The position numbers and the translations under genes are program-made. Below, piece by piece: positions 1-12,991 of a DNA stretch of 64,000 nt. A model generated the notes under the pieces. The model did no database searches. It had not been told where the DNA came from and saw only the letters and a program-made list of their open reading frames with translations. The first letter of the stretch is position 1. Every line of letters begins with the position of its first letter. Source of the stretch: Pavona decussata (Eukaryota); contig CDRNST010000013.1 in assembly GCA_977016875.1 (NCBI GenBank), positions 620,001 to 684,000 on the forward strand. Reading direction: 5' to 3'.

Positions 1-139
1 GGTTTTTTTGGGTTTTTCTTGGTAAATGGCTTTATTCCGAACAAATTCCCAAACTTGGTAAAATCAAGCATTCCCAATTACATTAATTCTTGGAAATTGT
101 ATCCTACCAAGGTTTTCCCCAAATAAGACAGACATTGGT

Positions 140-1320
140 AAGTTGTCTTTTACCAAGAAAATACCAACGTTGTTATTTTAATTTAATTTACCAATGTCTG
201 TACTAATGTTGATATTGTTACCAAGTTTGGAATTTCGTTTTGAAATTCATTTACCAAGAAAAATCCCCAATTCCCAATCTTGGTAAAGATTTGTTATTTT
301 GTGTTAAATCACAACAATATCCCAAAATTGGTAAAATGGACTATTTTCAATTTCATTTTAATCTTGGATTAAGCTCCCAAAGACAAGTCACCAAGAAGAT
401 ACCAACACCTTGGGAATACTTTACTTGAGCAGTACTTTTTAACAGCTGGGCAACACATGTGGCTATTTTTATTCAATCTTACAGTGTACAGGTATAACAA
501 GAAAGAAAGAATCAAGCATGAGTTCTTAATTAATAGAACGAAAAAAGACTAATAAACAGTGAAACTGGAGGAGGAGTTTAATTTCCTGTTTCTCAGTCTG
601 TAGTCTCAAAATGGCCAATGCAACATCAATAAATTGTTAAATTAAACTTTCTATTAATGTCATTTTTAGGTAACAAACATCTGGAAATGCAAAGCCTGAG
701 ATATTGTCTTTTACTAAGAAAATGCCGTTATTATTTTCTTGGTAGAATTTCTTACCAAGTTTGGAATTTCGTTGGGAATAAAGCTATTTACCAAGAAAAG
801 TCCCCAATTACCAAACTTGGTAAACATTTGTTATTTTGAGTTAAATTACAACAATATCCCAAAATTGGTAAAACTGACCATTTTCAATTTTATTTTAGTC
901 TTGGATTAAGCTCCGAAAGACAAGTCATGTTATACTAAGAAGGTAGCAACACCTTGGGAATCCATTATCATACCAATCTTAGTTTGTGATTTTTACTTGA
1001 GCAATACTTTTTAACAGCTAGGCAACACATGTGGCTATTGTTATTCAGTCTTACAGTGTACAGGTATAACAAGAAAGAAAGAATCAAGCATGAGTTCTTA
1101 ATTAATAGAACGAAAAACGATTAATAAACAGTGAAACTGGAGGAGGAGTTTAATTTCCTGTTTCTCAGTCTGTAGTCTCAAAATGCCCAATGCAACATCA
1201 GTAAATTGTTAAATTAACGTTCGGTTAATGTCATTTCAAAATTACTGTACCAGTATCATCACACTGAATTTTGAAGTTAGATAACAAATATCTGGAAATG
1301 CAAAGCCTGAGATATACTGA
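140..1320. repeat. Two diverged tandem copies of a ~560-600 bp unit, rich in TTACCAAG/CTTGGTAA motifs
   Basis: 421-665 matches 992-1236; 215-420 matches 752-960; AACAAA(C/T)ATCTGGAAATGCAAAGCCTGAGATA at ~672 and ~1283. Confidence 0.85.
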
Positions 1321-3629
1321 CATTTTGTCTGACAGTGGTACCAAGTAGGGCCTATTTGTTAACTAAGCAACTGAAAAACCACAAAGCAGTTCTCGTCATA
1401 ACTCAATACTTGCAAAATTAACTCTATATGACTTACTCTGGGAAATCTGTTGTTGTGGTTAAAATTAACTATTGTAAACAACTAAGAGGCAACAAAGTAG
1501 CCAGTACTCTGAACTAGAATACCTGCCCTTAACTTATTTAAAGTTTAAGGCAATACTGTCTCTTTGTAGGCAATAAAAGTCTGCATCTGGTTGCAAAACT
1601 ACTGTTTTGTTTAAGTGGGAGTTGTTTATCCACAGCCATAATCAAATCATTCTTGTCCTTGGATTTGAAATGCTTATTTTTCAAGTCACGGCACAAGGGA
1701 AGAAGGTGCTTTTCCTTTTTTGAATCTTTGGTGTATCCTTTCTTGAACTACACCAACAGAATGGTCTCAGCTGTACTAAGAGGAACATTTGATGCACTTC
1801 CTGCATGTCAAAGGAACATAAATTTTGTTAACATGAAGTTTGCATGGATATGAGTAATTTAATTCACCCATCCCAAGGTAATTAGTAACACACGCATGAG
1901 AAACAAAACACACCCATGTTATAGTATTTTCCAGGGCTGTCTGAAGAAGCTGGCAACCAGTTTCTATAGCCAGCTACTATATAGTAAAATCAGCTGGCTA
2001 CTCTCTGAAAATGAGTAAAACACAACAGCAACAGGAAGAATTGCTCTTAAAAACCTTCTTATCAAAACCTTAATGACAGCCCTGATTTTCAGTAATGCTT
2101 CCAGATTGCCTAGTAACTTCATTTCCTCCTCAGGGACATCAGAATTACTGTAATCTGTATCCCTGCTGTTTGAGTGGCTAGTGTTGCTTTCATGCTCATA
2201 CGAACCTCTCTTCCCCTTTCCTTGGGTATCCTTTCTTTCTCTTTGTGAACCAGGAATGGCTTGCTCACTGTTTACTTCAGAAACATCCTCGTTTTCTCTA
2301 CAAATTTTTCTTGTTTTCGTCATCAGTGGAACTGGTTTCCTGTGCACACACCAAACAGATGACATTTTCTAATTAAATGTGGTTGCTAAACTTGGTATTG
2401 TTTCATTTCAAACTTTGTTACATTTTATTCTTTTGTAACGGAACTGAGACGACACATTTGAGCTACTCTCGATGAAAGGAGAAGAATGGTGAAAGAAGGG
2501 TACAACTATGAGACTGGCATTTATTTGTAACAGATTATATTAAAAGTAATAGTAGGTGAAGCTTTTGATTAAAAGACCTTGCCATCCTACATACATACGT
2601 GTACTTAGAATTATAGGTCCTTAAACACCAAATTTTCAAAGCTCTCTGTATTTGTAAAAGAGGTTTTCAGGAGGAGTGGCATGCATTCATAGTGTTGTAA
2701 TTTGAATTTTCGTAGCACATGTTGCCGCATGAATGACTTGCAATCACTCAAGTGACACAAGATTTGTATTCACCAAGAAGGATTTTTAGTCGCAATTGGC
2801 AAGTGGGTGACAGCTAACTTTGAACCCTTCCCCATCCAGATAATTATTCCACAGTCCCTAAGATTTCAAAACGTGATGCAAGCTTTGTTTTTTCAAAACA
2901 ATTTGAAAGTTCGTTTGACAACTGTATGTGTTTGAAGTTCACCTAACATTAACTATAAGATTAACTCATCGAATTTGAAAATGGTTAGGATGCATAGATA
3001 GGTCATCCAACTTGGTTTACGCAATTGTTTAAATAATAACTTTGACACGAGGCTAAACCAAAGACCTAGGCCAGAGAATGTTAACATATAATAGGTCACC
3101 AAAGATATCAAAAACACAAAGTTCATTTACTCTGAACACTCAAAATATTTTTGATTTGTTTATTGTGTTTGAAGGAAATCCAATCAGATATCAGAGAAAA
3201 AAAAACACTAGCTGTAACATTAATTTTTTTCGTGGCCTGACCAGTACAATAAATAATCCAGAAAAGATTCTTAATGTTCACGGTTTTCTTAGTTTGACAA
3301 TAAACAATTTCAAATATTTTCATATGCTAATACAGTATTACTATCCTTTCTTCAATTTCTTCAATTCCATTGTGTTAAATTTACACAGAGTCCCCTATGG
3401 AAGTTGATGTGAAAACCGTACAAAATTGTAAGTTAGACATTTCCCTGTAAAAAGACCATGAAAAAGGAGGGTCATTTAAATTCAACAATATTGTTACTGT
3501 TTACGTGATAAACATTGTATTATTGCAGTGTCAATGCTCCAGTTGCCAGCGGTCTCTCTCTGCAGACAGTGATTTATTCCCCTTTAAGGAAATTCCGGTA
3601 TTGTTGTCTGTTAAGTTAAGTTCAGGCAT

Positions 3630-4030
3630 CATGCCATACTAAGATTGACCCTGGGAAAGTGCTAACATAAGAACTTCATTAAATGCTTTCTCTGCCTTCA
3701 TATGAGCTGCTGGAAAAGTCATTTCTTTAGCACAACCTCCAGCGACTGGGAAACAAATTTGGTGAATGGGGTTCCGGATAGCGTAGTCATGATTGAACTT
3801 GACAGTAATTTTACGTTTTTCTCTGGTGATAGGCTTGTTTTTTTTCTGACCAGTCAGCCATCCCATAACACCTGCAGGTGTAAGGTCAGGAAGGAGCAAC
3901 TCTATATGTGATTCTGCAACTTCTCTACCTGTGTTTTCACAGCTTGCCAATGGCTCTGCATACCCAGAAACATTAACATTTGGGTTGTCTTCAAGGTGAA
4001 ATAAGAAAATTTGAAGAAAGTCCATCGTGG
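3630..4030 (-). pseudogene. C-terminal fragment of a HECT-like (G2E3-like) E3 ubiquitin ligase, probably TE cargo
   Basis: PDLTPAGVMGWLTGQ...ITVKFNHD...ICFPVAGGCAKEMTFP...FNEVLMLALSQGQS follows the HECT C-lobe pattern (FxTG...LPxAxTCxxxLxLP...GF) with the Cys retained; N-terminal part absent. Confidence 0.6.
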
Positions 4031-4085
4031 ACTCTTCAACTCCTCTTCTTTTGCTGCCTTCCGGTGCATATTCTGGGGGCACAAT

Positions 4086-4222
4086 GATGACAGATTTGGA
4101 TGTTCTTCCAAGGCCGCAGTATTGGTTTGAGACTTTGTTCCATTCCAACGCATTAAACATGTGGTGGAAAGAAAATTTTCGAGTTTCAAGGGAAACATTT
4201 AATTTCATTTGCACAACTGTTT
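4086..4222 (+). mobile_element. PIF/Harbinger transposase N-terminal fragment
   Basis: PRPQYWFETLFHSNALNMWWKENFRVSRETFNFICTTV contains the typical W..NFR(M/V)S+.TF..(I/L)C motif. Confidence 0.75.
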
Positions 4223-4949
4223 ATCACAGTTTGCTTTCCGCGTTTCTTTTCGTTTCATTTCTGGTGACGTCTTGAGGGATCGGATTTGGATTAGAATATC
4301 CAGAATATACAGGAAATGCTGAAACTCCATATGCCAGCAACGCCGGGTAGCTGATGAACTCCATGCTATCCAAAACTCGACTGGGTCTGGCTTCTAAATT
4401 GTTTGCCTGAAGCCGCGACAACCCAGAGAATAGATAGCCGTTGTGGTATATCGGCTTGGCCGGTTCTTCTTCAGGATTCAATCTGTTTCTGAAACGAAAT
4501 TTGTCTTAAATTAGATATAATATATTCGTACAAACTAAACCTGGAGTTAATCAGAAAAAAAAAGGAATTCAGAAGCGATTTATACTCACATGATTTCTTT
4601 AAATCGCGACGTGGATTTTCGCGTGTGCGCGGCAAAATCTTCAACAGAAGTCATGCTCTCAAGCGCTTACAAAATTAGTTTCACAACATTATAATTCTGG
4701 ATCTGTCACCAGCGCGATCGCCAATGAGCGTCCATTGGTCGGCTACTCTGGGATTTGATTTTTCCTTTCTCTGCTTTAGGGTAGTTGTCAAGGGAAATCC
4801 ATAGGACATTCTTTTGTTCTCTTGCGGTTTTCAAACCCCAGAGGATAAAACTTTCCCGAGGTAATTTACTTGGGGAAAAATCGGTCACACTTGCAAAGTT
4901 GAGTTTCCAGTTTCCCTAGGACAAAAGCCTGTAGTGTGACCACAGGTAT

Positions 4950-5870
4950 TGACATTACCTATCTGGATCTTAGATGACACCTTTGTGCAGGAACAGGGTT
5001 GAGATGATAGTGCCTTGTTGATGACACCAGCTGCCAAGTATTTGTTTGCTTGTTGTTATGACCTTGAAGCAGCCAGTGCACTTCCTGATACTACCGGCAA
5101 TTCTCTTCAGAACCAGTGGTGCACTGGGTGGTGGGTCAGCTGGTCTGGCTGCTCTCCTTTCCACAAGTGTTGTTGGATTTATTACTTCATCTTGGAAACT
5201 TGCTTCTGTATCATCTGCACCTACATCTATGGGATTGTGGACTACCACTTCTCTTGCAGTCAAAGGTCTCTTTCGGGATGTAGCCTTCCCATCATTCCTT
5301 GGTGCAGTAGCTGTCGATATTCTGCTGAGGTTTTGGCCTTTATTGGCCTCTGCAACCTTTACCACCCATCTAGATGTATGGCGATTGCTACACAATGATG
5401 ACAAAGGTTGTTTCGTCGAAAGAATTGACAATCACAGGAACGTTTTCCGCTTTTCAGGCACTGAACCTGGTGAGGGAGTGCTTCCCCACTGCCCAAGAAA
5501 TAAACAATTTCCTGGAAACCCTGGTAAAACTGCTCATTCTGTAGAACACTTTAGGGTTTTTTCAGAAGACTTGCCTGTTCCTCTCTTGAAAAGTGATCAC
5601 TTAATGGGGACAGGTCGCCAATGTCACAAGTGGGATGCCTTTTAGAGGGACCAACTGAGGCACTTGAAATGGATGATGTCTTGAAATTGCAGCGTTGCTC
5701 ATATGCTCCTGGATCTGGACATACTTTTCAATCTTTTTAAGAAAAGCCTTTCACTCTTTAGGGGTCATTTCTGCATGGCTCTTTCTTGGCAAGTATTCCT
5801 GGAACTGGTGGCAAACCTCCCACTTGTTGGACAACTATGAATGTGATAAAACAGGATTGAGATAGAACAA
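4950..5870 (-). mobile_element. Decayed MULE/Mutator-like transposase C-terminal region with SWIM zinc finger
   Basis: Minus strand ~5500-5375 reads PHQVQCLKSGKRSCDCQFFRRNNLCHHCVAIA (CxC..CxH); after a frameshift NLSRISTATAPRNDGK..RKR and LVLKRIAGSIRKCTGC. Confidence 0.7.
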
Positions 5871-5934
5871 GACTGTGCCAAAGGCGCGGGAAAAACAAAT
5901 TGGGTAAAAAAGAATACATAAACTGAACGATAAC

Positions 5935-6917
5935 GATTGAATGTGCTGAGAAATGCGTGAGACAGCACTAGTCTGTCTGCCAAAGGCAGTGTCAAATACA
6001 GCATATAGGCATCAGATCTCCAATTGCCTTGGACTTTGATGAGCTTGGAGGGAAACCCCCATTGAATTGCAAAGGTAGCACCCCCGCGACGCAAACTGTG
6101 ACCAGAGTAATCCTGGGGATCAAGACACGCCAGAGAGGCCAAATGCTTGATGCCATTGTTCAAGGATGTTGCTGTGATGCAGTCATGCTGATGTGAAGCA
6201 GTAGTGTAAGTAAAGAGAGGGTAACTGGCTGGGGCGGAAACTGAGTTGAGCAACGATTTCAGGGCAGCTGTGGTGCAGAGGGAAGATCCTGGAATACAAG
6301 GAATGGGAATCACGAGAGCAGTGTCTCCAGCCTGATGTGTGTTGGTGCAGGTAACTGTGAGGAGGGCACCTGAGCTGGCAAAAGTGACGCTGGCCCTGGA
6401 CAAGACTTGATGAGTGGAGAACTTTTCGAAAGACCGTGGTACAAGGTTGGCAGTTCTGAAGAAGGAGAAAACGCCCACAAGCAAGGTGTACCACAAGGCG
6501 AGATGAGCAGAGTCAGATATTGAGATGGTAGAAAAATTGCAGCAAAATAGCCGGTGTGAGAGGAGCCTTGCATTGCGGAAGGTGGACCATGGACTTCTCC
6601 AAGCCTTTTTGTGTTAATTTGACATGGTTATCGTCGAAGGCATAGGTATCAAAATGACAAGACACATGTAAACGCCGAAGGGCACTCAAGTAATTATTAA
6701 CAGTATGATATGACTTCATGGAAAAACTGAGCAGGGCAATGAAGGAAGCGATGGTTGATGTAGAGGCTGAAAATGGAGTGATGGAGTAAAACTGGCAGAA
6801 TTTCGAGTAAGTGTTCCAAACAAAGTGATAATTACGTTTGGTAGAGTCAGGAAGTGTGAGGGCTTGAATCCTGGTGACGCAGAGTTGAAGGTCGCTGTTG
6901 GAGAAACCTGCAACCAA
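5935..6917 (-). pseudogene. Tyrosine recombinase (SAM-like N-terminus plus catalytic domain) of the DIRS/Ngaro element, frameshifted near 6510
   Basis: STKRNY..W..Y..FC, FFRTANL (catalytic R), YSGHSLRRGGAT (HxxR), GNWRSDAYMLY (W, catalytic Y). Confidence 0.9.
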
Positions 6918-6929
6918 ATAGAGAGATGA

Positions 6930-7249
6930 TTACCATAGACATTTGAGGGTGTCATAATAAGGAGAAGCAGCCTCATAGAAGGTGGTGCTAAACTGAAGAT
7001 GAGTGTCCCAATGACTAAGAGCATCAGCGATAATATTGGCATAGCCAGGGATGTGAAGAGTACACAGTTCAAAATCATAAAGAGATGCGTAAAACCACAA
7101 GTCACGCAAAGAGGACTGGATAAAAGGCATGCGAGAACGGCCAGTGTCGATGGCTAGTTCGGTGTTAAGGTTGTCAGTTTAAACCAAAATTCGTGAACTG
7201 CGTAGCTCATCAGACCACAACTTGATGCTGACAGTAACGGCCAACATTT
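6930..7249 (-). pseudogene. RNase H C-terminal half of the DIRS/Ngaro pol
   Basis: LAVTVSIKLWSDEL...TDNLNTELAI..GRSR.PFIQSSLRDLW...HIPGYANIIADALSHW. Confidence 0.85.
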
Positions 7250-8820
7250 CAAACTCAAACCCAAGCAGATCTCAAAGCGCAAAACAGAGGGGGCCATGAT
7301 TAGGAGTAAAGGAAGATGGTGCAAGCAAGGGGAGCAAAACACCTGATATTTCTTTAATCTCGAGAGACAAAATCATCTGAACAAATACATCACCGAGCTA
7401 AAAACAGAAAACCTTACCTTAACCAATCCCACCGAAATCTTAAACGAGGAATATTGTTATTATAAAAATCTATACACTTCTAATTTTACAAACCCAAATG
7501 ATTTCGATTTCGTTGAGTTTTTTGACACGTACTACCCTCCCAAGGCTGACCCCACAGGAAGCCGATACTTGCAATGGTCTATTAACCAGGGAAGAATGCC
7601 TTGCCTCTCTTAAACAGTTTTCCAAGGGTAAGTCACCCAGTATGGATGGATTAACTGCGGAGTTTTACTTATTTTTTTGGGAGCTATTGGGTCAAGACCT
7701 TGTTGACAGCCTTAACCACGCTTTTGAGGTGGGTGAAATGTCAATCTTGCAAAAAAGAGGAGTCATCACTCTTATCCCAAAGAAAAATAAAAATAAAGCG
7801 TTTTTAGATAACTGGAGACCAATCTCGCTTCCCAACACTGATTATAAAATTGCTACCAAAGCTATCGCCTCTAGAATTTCGAAAGTTTTACCCGTTCTAA
7901 TAAATGGAGATCAAACCAGTTTCATTAAAGGCCGATCTATTGCTCAAAGTGTACATTTAATTGCTGACATTATAGAATACACAGAAGCGCTCAATACTCC
8001 AGGCATCGCTTTGTTTCTGGACTTCAAAAAGGCTTTTGATAGCATAGAATGGAACTTCATTTTTAAGACCCTTGCGACTCTTGGTTTCGAGCTGCCCTTA
8101 TTACAGCGGGTAAGGACTTTTTAATAATAATAATAATGATCGTTTATTCAACCTTTTTGCAGTATAAACTGAATTACAAGGCAGGTCATTAATTACATAC
8201 AAATATAGCAACATTCAAAGCAGTGTTGCAAATAACGGTCACACAACGCCTTTCTTTGAGCTGGAACGCGACGTAAGACAAGGTTGTCCACTTTCTGGTA
8301 TTCTTGTCGTAATTGATTGTTGAAATCTTAGCAAACTCCATAGCGGCACGTTTCTATATCTACACCGCTTCCAAAGAAAATGAACCTCTTTGCTTCCTAG
8401 CATTTAAAACTCTACTAAAAAGTAGACTATGCACGGAGCCCTCTTACGTCCAGGATTCCGTGAGCCTTTAGTTTTCCTTTTTCTGTACAGTGTTGGTTTG
8501 ATCATCGTGAATCATTTCTTGTAATGCATAGTGTTTGTCAGCCAGTATTATCAAACCTTATCATCGTATTAATAAGTCTTCGTGCAAACTAATTAGGCAA
8601 CCGAAGCATTTCAAGTATTATAAGTATCGCAAATTTTGTTTTGTAGAGTCAGCAGTATACATATGATAAGTATTGTGTGTCTTAAAGTATACTGGGATTA
8701 TCATGAGTTAGTACAAATAGTATATCTCGTTAATGTCAGAATCGTAATTGTTATAAGTACTCAACGTAGTGTTTATCATTGTTAATGTTGGTGTCGTGAA
8801 AGACTAATTAAAAAAAAAAA
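7250..8820 (+). mobile_element. 5'-truncated L1/Tx1-clade LINE with internal deletion, poly(A) tail and 11-bp TSD
   Basis: KSPSMDGLTAEFY, NWRPISL.NTDYKI, LDFKKAFDSIEW, VRQGCPLSG; A-run 8809-8820; TSD GGCCAACATTT at 7239-7249 and 8821-8831. Confidence 0.92.
8123..8203 (-). mobile_element. Short L2-like LINE 3' end inserted in the L1 RT
   Basis: Minus strand ends in AATAAA plus (ATT)n; it splits the L1 frame RVRTF|YSNIQSSV. Confidence 0.7.
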
Positions 8821-8830
8821 GGCCAACATT

Positions 8831-10168
8831 TTAAGTGAAGCGATTGAGAGGGAGTTTGGATCGATGCATGCCGGAAAAGGGGAGTGGAAAAAAACGACCA
8901 GAAAAGAAACCACCGATACCAACAGCGCAGGCGTCAGTACAAAAATGATGATCACGCAACAGGGAAACACCATTGTAGACAGAAAGGAACTTGTTCCACC
9001 AATGTAAATCGGACACCATGTCTGAACTGGGCAAGAAACGAATGTGCTTAGAAGGAAGTTGGTGGAGCTTGTTAAGAAGGCACTGCATAAAAATTCTTCC
9101 CTGGCTGATACAAGCGCAGATGTAGGAGAGCTTGCCAATGAGGGACTGTAGATCTGGATTAGTGGACTGTGGAGATGTGAGCCACTGGTGTATGAGATCA
9201 AAGGTAGTGTGAAGTTTATCCAGTGGAATCTCTATGGACATTGTGACAGTGTCATAAGTGAGACCAAGAAAAACCATTCTGGTGGAAGGTGAACAGTCCT
9301 TGGATGGAGATGATTCGAGGCCTAACTCATTGAAAAGACACTCCAGGTCACAGAAAGCATCCTCAAAGGGGGTTTCAATCCCACCAAAGTGATCAATATA
9401 ATTGATGTAGTCGTGGTTAAAGACTGATTGGAAAACGTGGGCGATCGCGTTGGTAGTCCGCTGACAGGCTAGGGTGGCAGAAAAAAGACCTAACGCAAGC
9501 ACGAGGTCAAAATATAAGCAGTCACTCCAGTGGTAAACGAGGAAGATATAATCTGTAGGATCCATGGGAATCTGTTGATACGTGCATTTCAAATCTTTCC
9601 TGTAAAGGTAGGATCCTGCACCCTTGGACAGAATAAGGTCGATAAAATCTGAAGAACGAGGTAGGGAGAGATGGAAAGGCTGATCAAGGTAAGAATCTGT
9701 AGGAATTCCATCGTTGTTGGAGGTACCAGGAGGGAAGCTGAGATCAAGGGTAACACGCCTTTTCGAGCCGTCGTTGGGGACGGTTTGCAATAGAGATGTA
9801 CGGATAGCGCCTGGGAAAGGATTAGACCTGAATGGCTCAGCGGTGGCAGTATGTTCAAGCTCTGTAGACAAGATGGAGTCAATAACATCTGGAAAGCGGG
9901 TAGCTGAAGAGTGGTTCGGGAGTTGAGATGGGAGAGAAACTATGGAGTGGCAGTTAATAGGCCATCTAAAGGCAAGAAAATCAGCTACTATGGAATGGGA
10001 ATAATGTTCCAGGTACGCCTGCCAAACAGGAATGTTCAACTTCGACGGGACGGGAATTCGGGTTCCAAAGGCATTCAGGTGCAAAGAAGGTGACAAATAA
10101 TAGCAGCGGCGAGTGGTCATGAGAGAGGGAAAGCTGACCAGACAGCGATGTTGAGGGAGCAGAGACAA
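8831..10168 (-). pseudogene. Reverse transcriptase and RNase H N-half of the Ngaro/DIRS element
   Basis: DLSFPPGTSNNDGI, KDLKCTYQQIP, YIDHF (YxDD mutated), FLG, LQSLIGKL, TDAC. Confidence 0.9.
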
Positions 10169-11059
10169 CTGGAGGCTGCGCCGGAATGGAAATAAAGCCT
10201 GGTTTAACGGAGGCTGGCAACAAAACGGTAGACGAAAAATTGCTGCTCGACAGAAGACATGTGGAAGCTGAGCTGTGGATAGTCAAATGGGGATAGAAGC
10301 ACTGGAACTCTTGTTTTACGTTTCCTGGCGGCTTGAGCCATAGCAAATGAATAAATAAACCAAACGACACGAGAGCGAACGAACGAAAAGCAAAGGTATC
10401 AGATGACAACTCGTGATGAAGAGAAAGACCTAGCTAACGAACTGCAAGGACCTGGGAATATCAACCCCTTCCCTAAAAGGAAGGAATCTCCAGATTCACG
10501 ATCACATGGAATGATAAAGCAAAATAAAGTCCATCAGTCCAGTCTCTTAACAAAAACTCTTGAAGGTTTATCTCTCTACAAGAAAGAACAGTTTCAAAGT
10601 TCACACAATGTTCTAGCCTTCTTCAGCAATTTTGGTCTCAGCTTCTTGATCCGCGCCTTGTCCATTCTTTGCTTGTCCCCAACATCTTCAAGTCGTTCTA
10701 CATCTGCTGTAAGTTATTTAGAATCCATTCACCATAATGGTCTGGAGGTTTCCTAATGCATACTGATCTTTTGCTGTGTCTGGCTAGCTGTTCTTCTTCA
10801 GCATCCTGTTCGTCTTCTCTTTTCTCCTCTCCGCTCATGACCATTTTGATCCTCTTCCAGTGGTCTACCTCCCTCTGTAGCCGGCATGTCTACTACCTGA
10901 TCATGTCCACCACCCTGTTTGATTTCTCCGACTAAAAGCGTATCAGCAAACAAACGATTGTAACACGGGTTAATGTGATTAAAGGTTGAACAACACAGTT
11001 TTCACTTTTCAGTCAAATTTAGCCTGTTGCCATGTTTTTACGACCGTAAAGAAAGGCAT

Positions 11060-11510
11060 CATGGTTCATGGTTCATTTATTTCACACTATTTACACAACA
11101 TTAACATAGAAAGAAAAGTATTACAACAGATGATTACAAGATAAAATAAATACAGTAAAAATCCCACACTAGCGTCTTACTGGAATTGGTTACTTGTCAG
11201 GTTGTTTTATTATCACTTTATCTTGACAGAGAGGGCGACGCCTTCGCAAACCATCGGTGCGTAGAGAACCAGCCTGTTGCAATAACTTCCTAAACTTATT
11301 TACAAAGTCATGCACCTTTTTCATTGAAATAAAAAAACGTGTCACTAGCATGCTTCGAGGAAAATTTGTAGTTTTACCGAGGCGACGAGCTGGCGAACAT
11401 CTCAGATCATTATTTTCGCCATGGACTTTCTTGGCAATGTTTGAGTGTTTCTCGCACTACAGGTACAACTCACAAAGAATTACAGGCAAATAAACTAAAT
11501 AGATAAAGCA
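11060..11510 (-). mobile_element. Probable 3' end of a non-LTR retroelement
   Basis: Minus strand ends in AATAAA followed by (TGAACCA)n; short degraded coding tail upstream. Confidence 0.45.
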
Positions 11511-11732
11511 TCCTCAACACAACTTGACTCACTGATTTTAGTGAAGGGGTCTGCAGCCCATTTTAAGTGTGTTTATGAATGATTACAATGGTTACAAATG
11601 ATTACAAAGTTATAGTGTTATGCTTGTGGGATCATGCCACTCGGTAAATGCTTGCACCAGTGGCTAATTCATTGGAAGCACAGTTCAAAAGTAGCTCCCA
11701 GAAGACAACCACAGCCATGCTAACATATTTAA

Positions 11733-11935
11733 CCCTGTAACTCCTAATATTTGATTACTAATTTTCCCATCTAGCTGTTTTACATTTCTTTATAAATTAG
11801 TGAGGAGAATTTGGTGTTATATCAGCTGATGACAGCACCTAGCTGATATGATGTCTATTTCTCAACACCTGTATGCTGGATAAAGTACTGATATTGTAAG
11901 GAGAAGATACTTAATCTTTTGTGGGAGTTAAAGGG
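11733..11935. mobile_element. piggyBac-like MITE
   Basis: TTAA|CCCTGTAACTCC ... GGAGTTAAAGGG|TAAA. Confidence 0.7.
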
Positions 11936-11981
11936 TAAATGGAGCTGAAATTAGAACTGCAGGATTAGTTGTCACTGTTAA

Positions 11982-12125
11982 TGTGCAATTCCAGAAATCA
12001 CCCTAGGAAATTCCAGTTTAGCTTCATACATTGCTTCTAAAATTTTGACTTTTAAGATCCCCTCCCCCTAGGAATTTCTGATGACCTTTGATGAGGTGGG
12101 TATGGATTTTTTTCTGGAACTACAC
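11982..12125. mobile_element. Small MITE (TGTG.A.TTCCAGAAA termini)
   Basis: TGTGCAATTCCAGAAA ... TTTCTGGAACTACACA; related end sequence at ~49515-49540. Confidence 0.6.
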
Positions 12126-12308
12126 AATGAGGTATGGCTGTGGAGGTATTTCGCAAAATTATGGAGTATTCATGAAGCTGAAGCTTCTGAGCATTAAGTA
12201 TCATCTTTATATGAGAGAAAATGCAAACAAGGACAAATAGAAAAATTGTACACAAGGACAATTCGAAAATTCAAATACGGACAAGAAGAAACCTTCAAGA
12301 CAGGTGTT

Positions 12309-12349
<41 letters not shown>

Positions 12350-12352
<3 letters not shown>

Positions 12353-12954
12353 AATTATTCACCAAAGTGGAGGTGAATAGTGATGGATATTTACCGAGCC
12401 GCAAAGCGGCGAGGTAAATATCCATCACTTTCACCGACACTGAGGTGAATAATTGTTTTAGTATATACCACACCAGCTGAATAAGAAATGGACCAAAACT
12501 CACTTAATTTTTTCAATATACCGACAAATGGCGCGAAATTTCAAAATCTCGCGCGCCGCGCGGTAAGCGATTTCGTATTGTAGAATTAGTTCCGTCTCGC
12601 TTTCTTGTAGACAAATAAAACTTCTAGAGGCACTTGTTTAGTTGCTACGTGCTTTTCTTCGATTGTTGTGTGAAATTTGTCCTGTTGTTGAGACTATACT
12701 GCAAAACATTAGATGTTTCATTGTTTACATTGTAATTATAGTGCTCGACAGTTTTCGTAATTAATGCATTGTATTTTTATTTTTTGCCTTAGATTATGAG
12801 GTTTAAAAGATTAAATAATTTACCATGTAATGCCGTCAAACCAAAATTTGTTGTATTTTTGGTAATAGCCGTCTCTTTTATCGAAATATTTTCCTCTTAA
12901 GTGACCGTGGCGAAACGGGTTATCATCTTGTTTCTCTTTGGTTGCTCGGAGGTG

Positions 12955-12991
<37 letters not shown>

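Larger units (their letters stand above)
5880..10410 (-). mobile_element. Ngaro/DIRS-type tyrosine-recombinase retrotransposon (gag remnant-RT-RNase H-YR), interrupted by an L1
   Basis: RT, RNase H and YR lie in order on the minus strand; RNase H reads through once the L1 insert is removed. Confidence 0.9.

Noticed and set aside
3639-4214. Single 191-aa gene
   Set aside because: Its first ~45 codons are the antisense of a Harbinger fragment; the ORF is a junction artefact
5046-5645. 199-aa hydrophobic plus-strand protein
   Set aside because: Antisense shadow of the MULE/SWIM remnant
5935-6917. Phage integrase or prophage
   Set aside because: It lies directly downstream of DIRS-type RT and RNase H, so it is the retroelement's recombinase
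10560-11030. LTR-retrotransposon integrase tail (RHSKRSV...KPPDHYG)
   Set aside because: Motif too short and no LTR or PPT found; left unannotated
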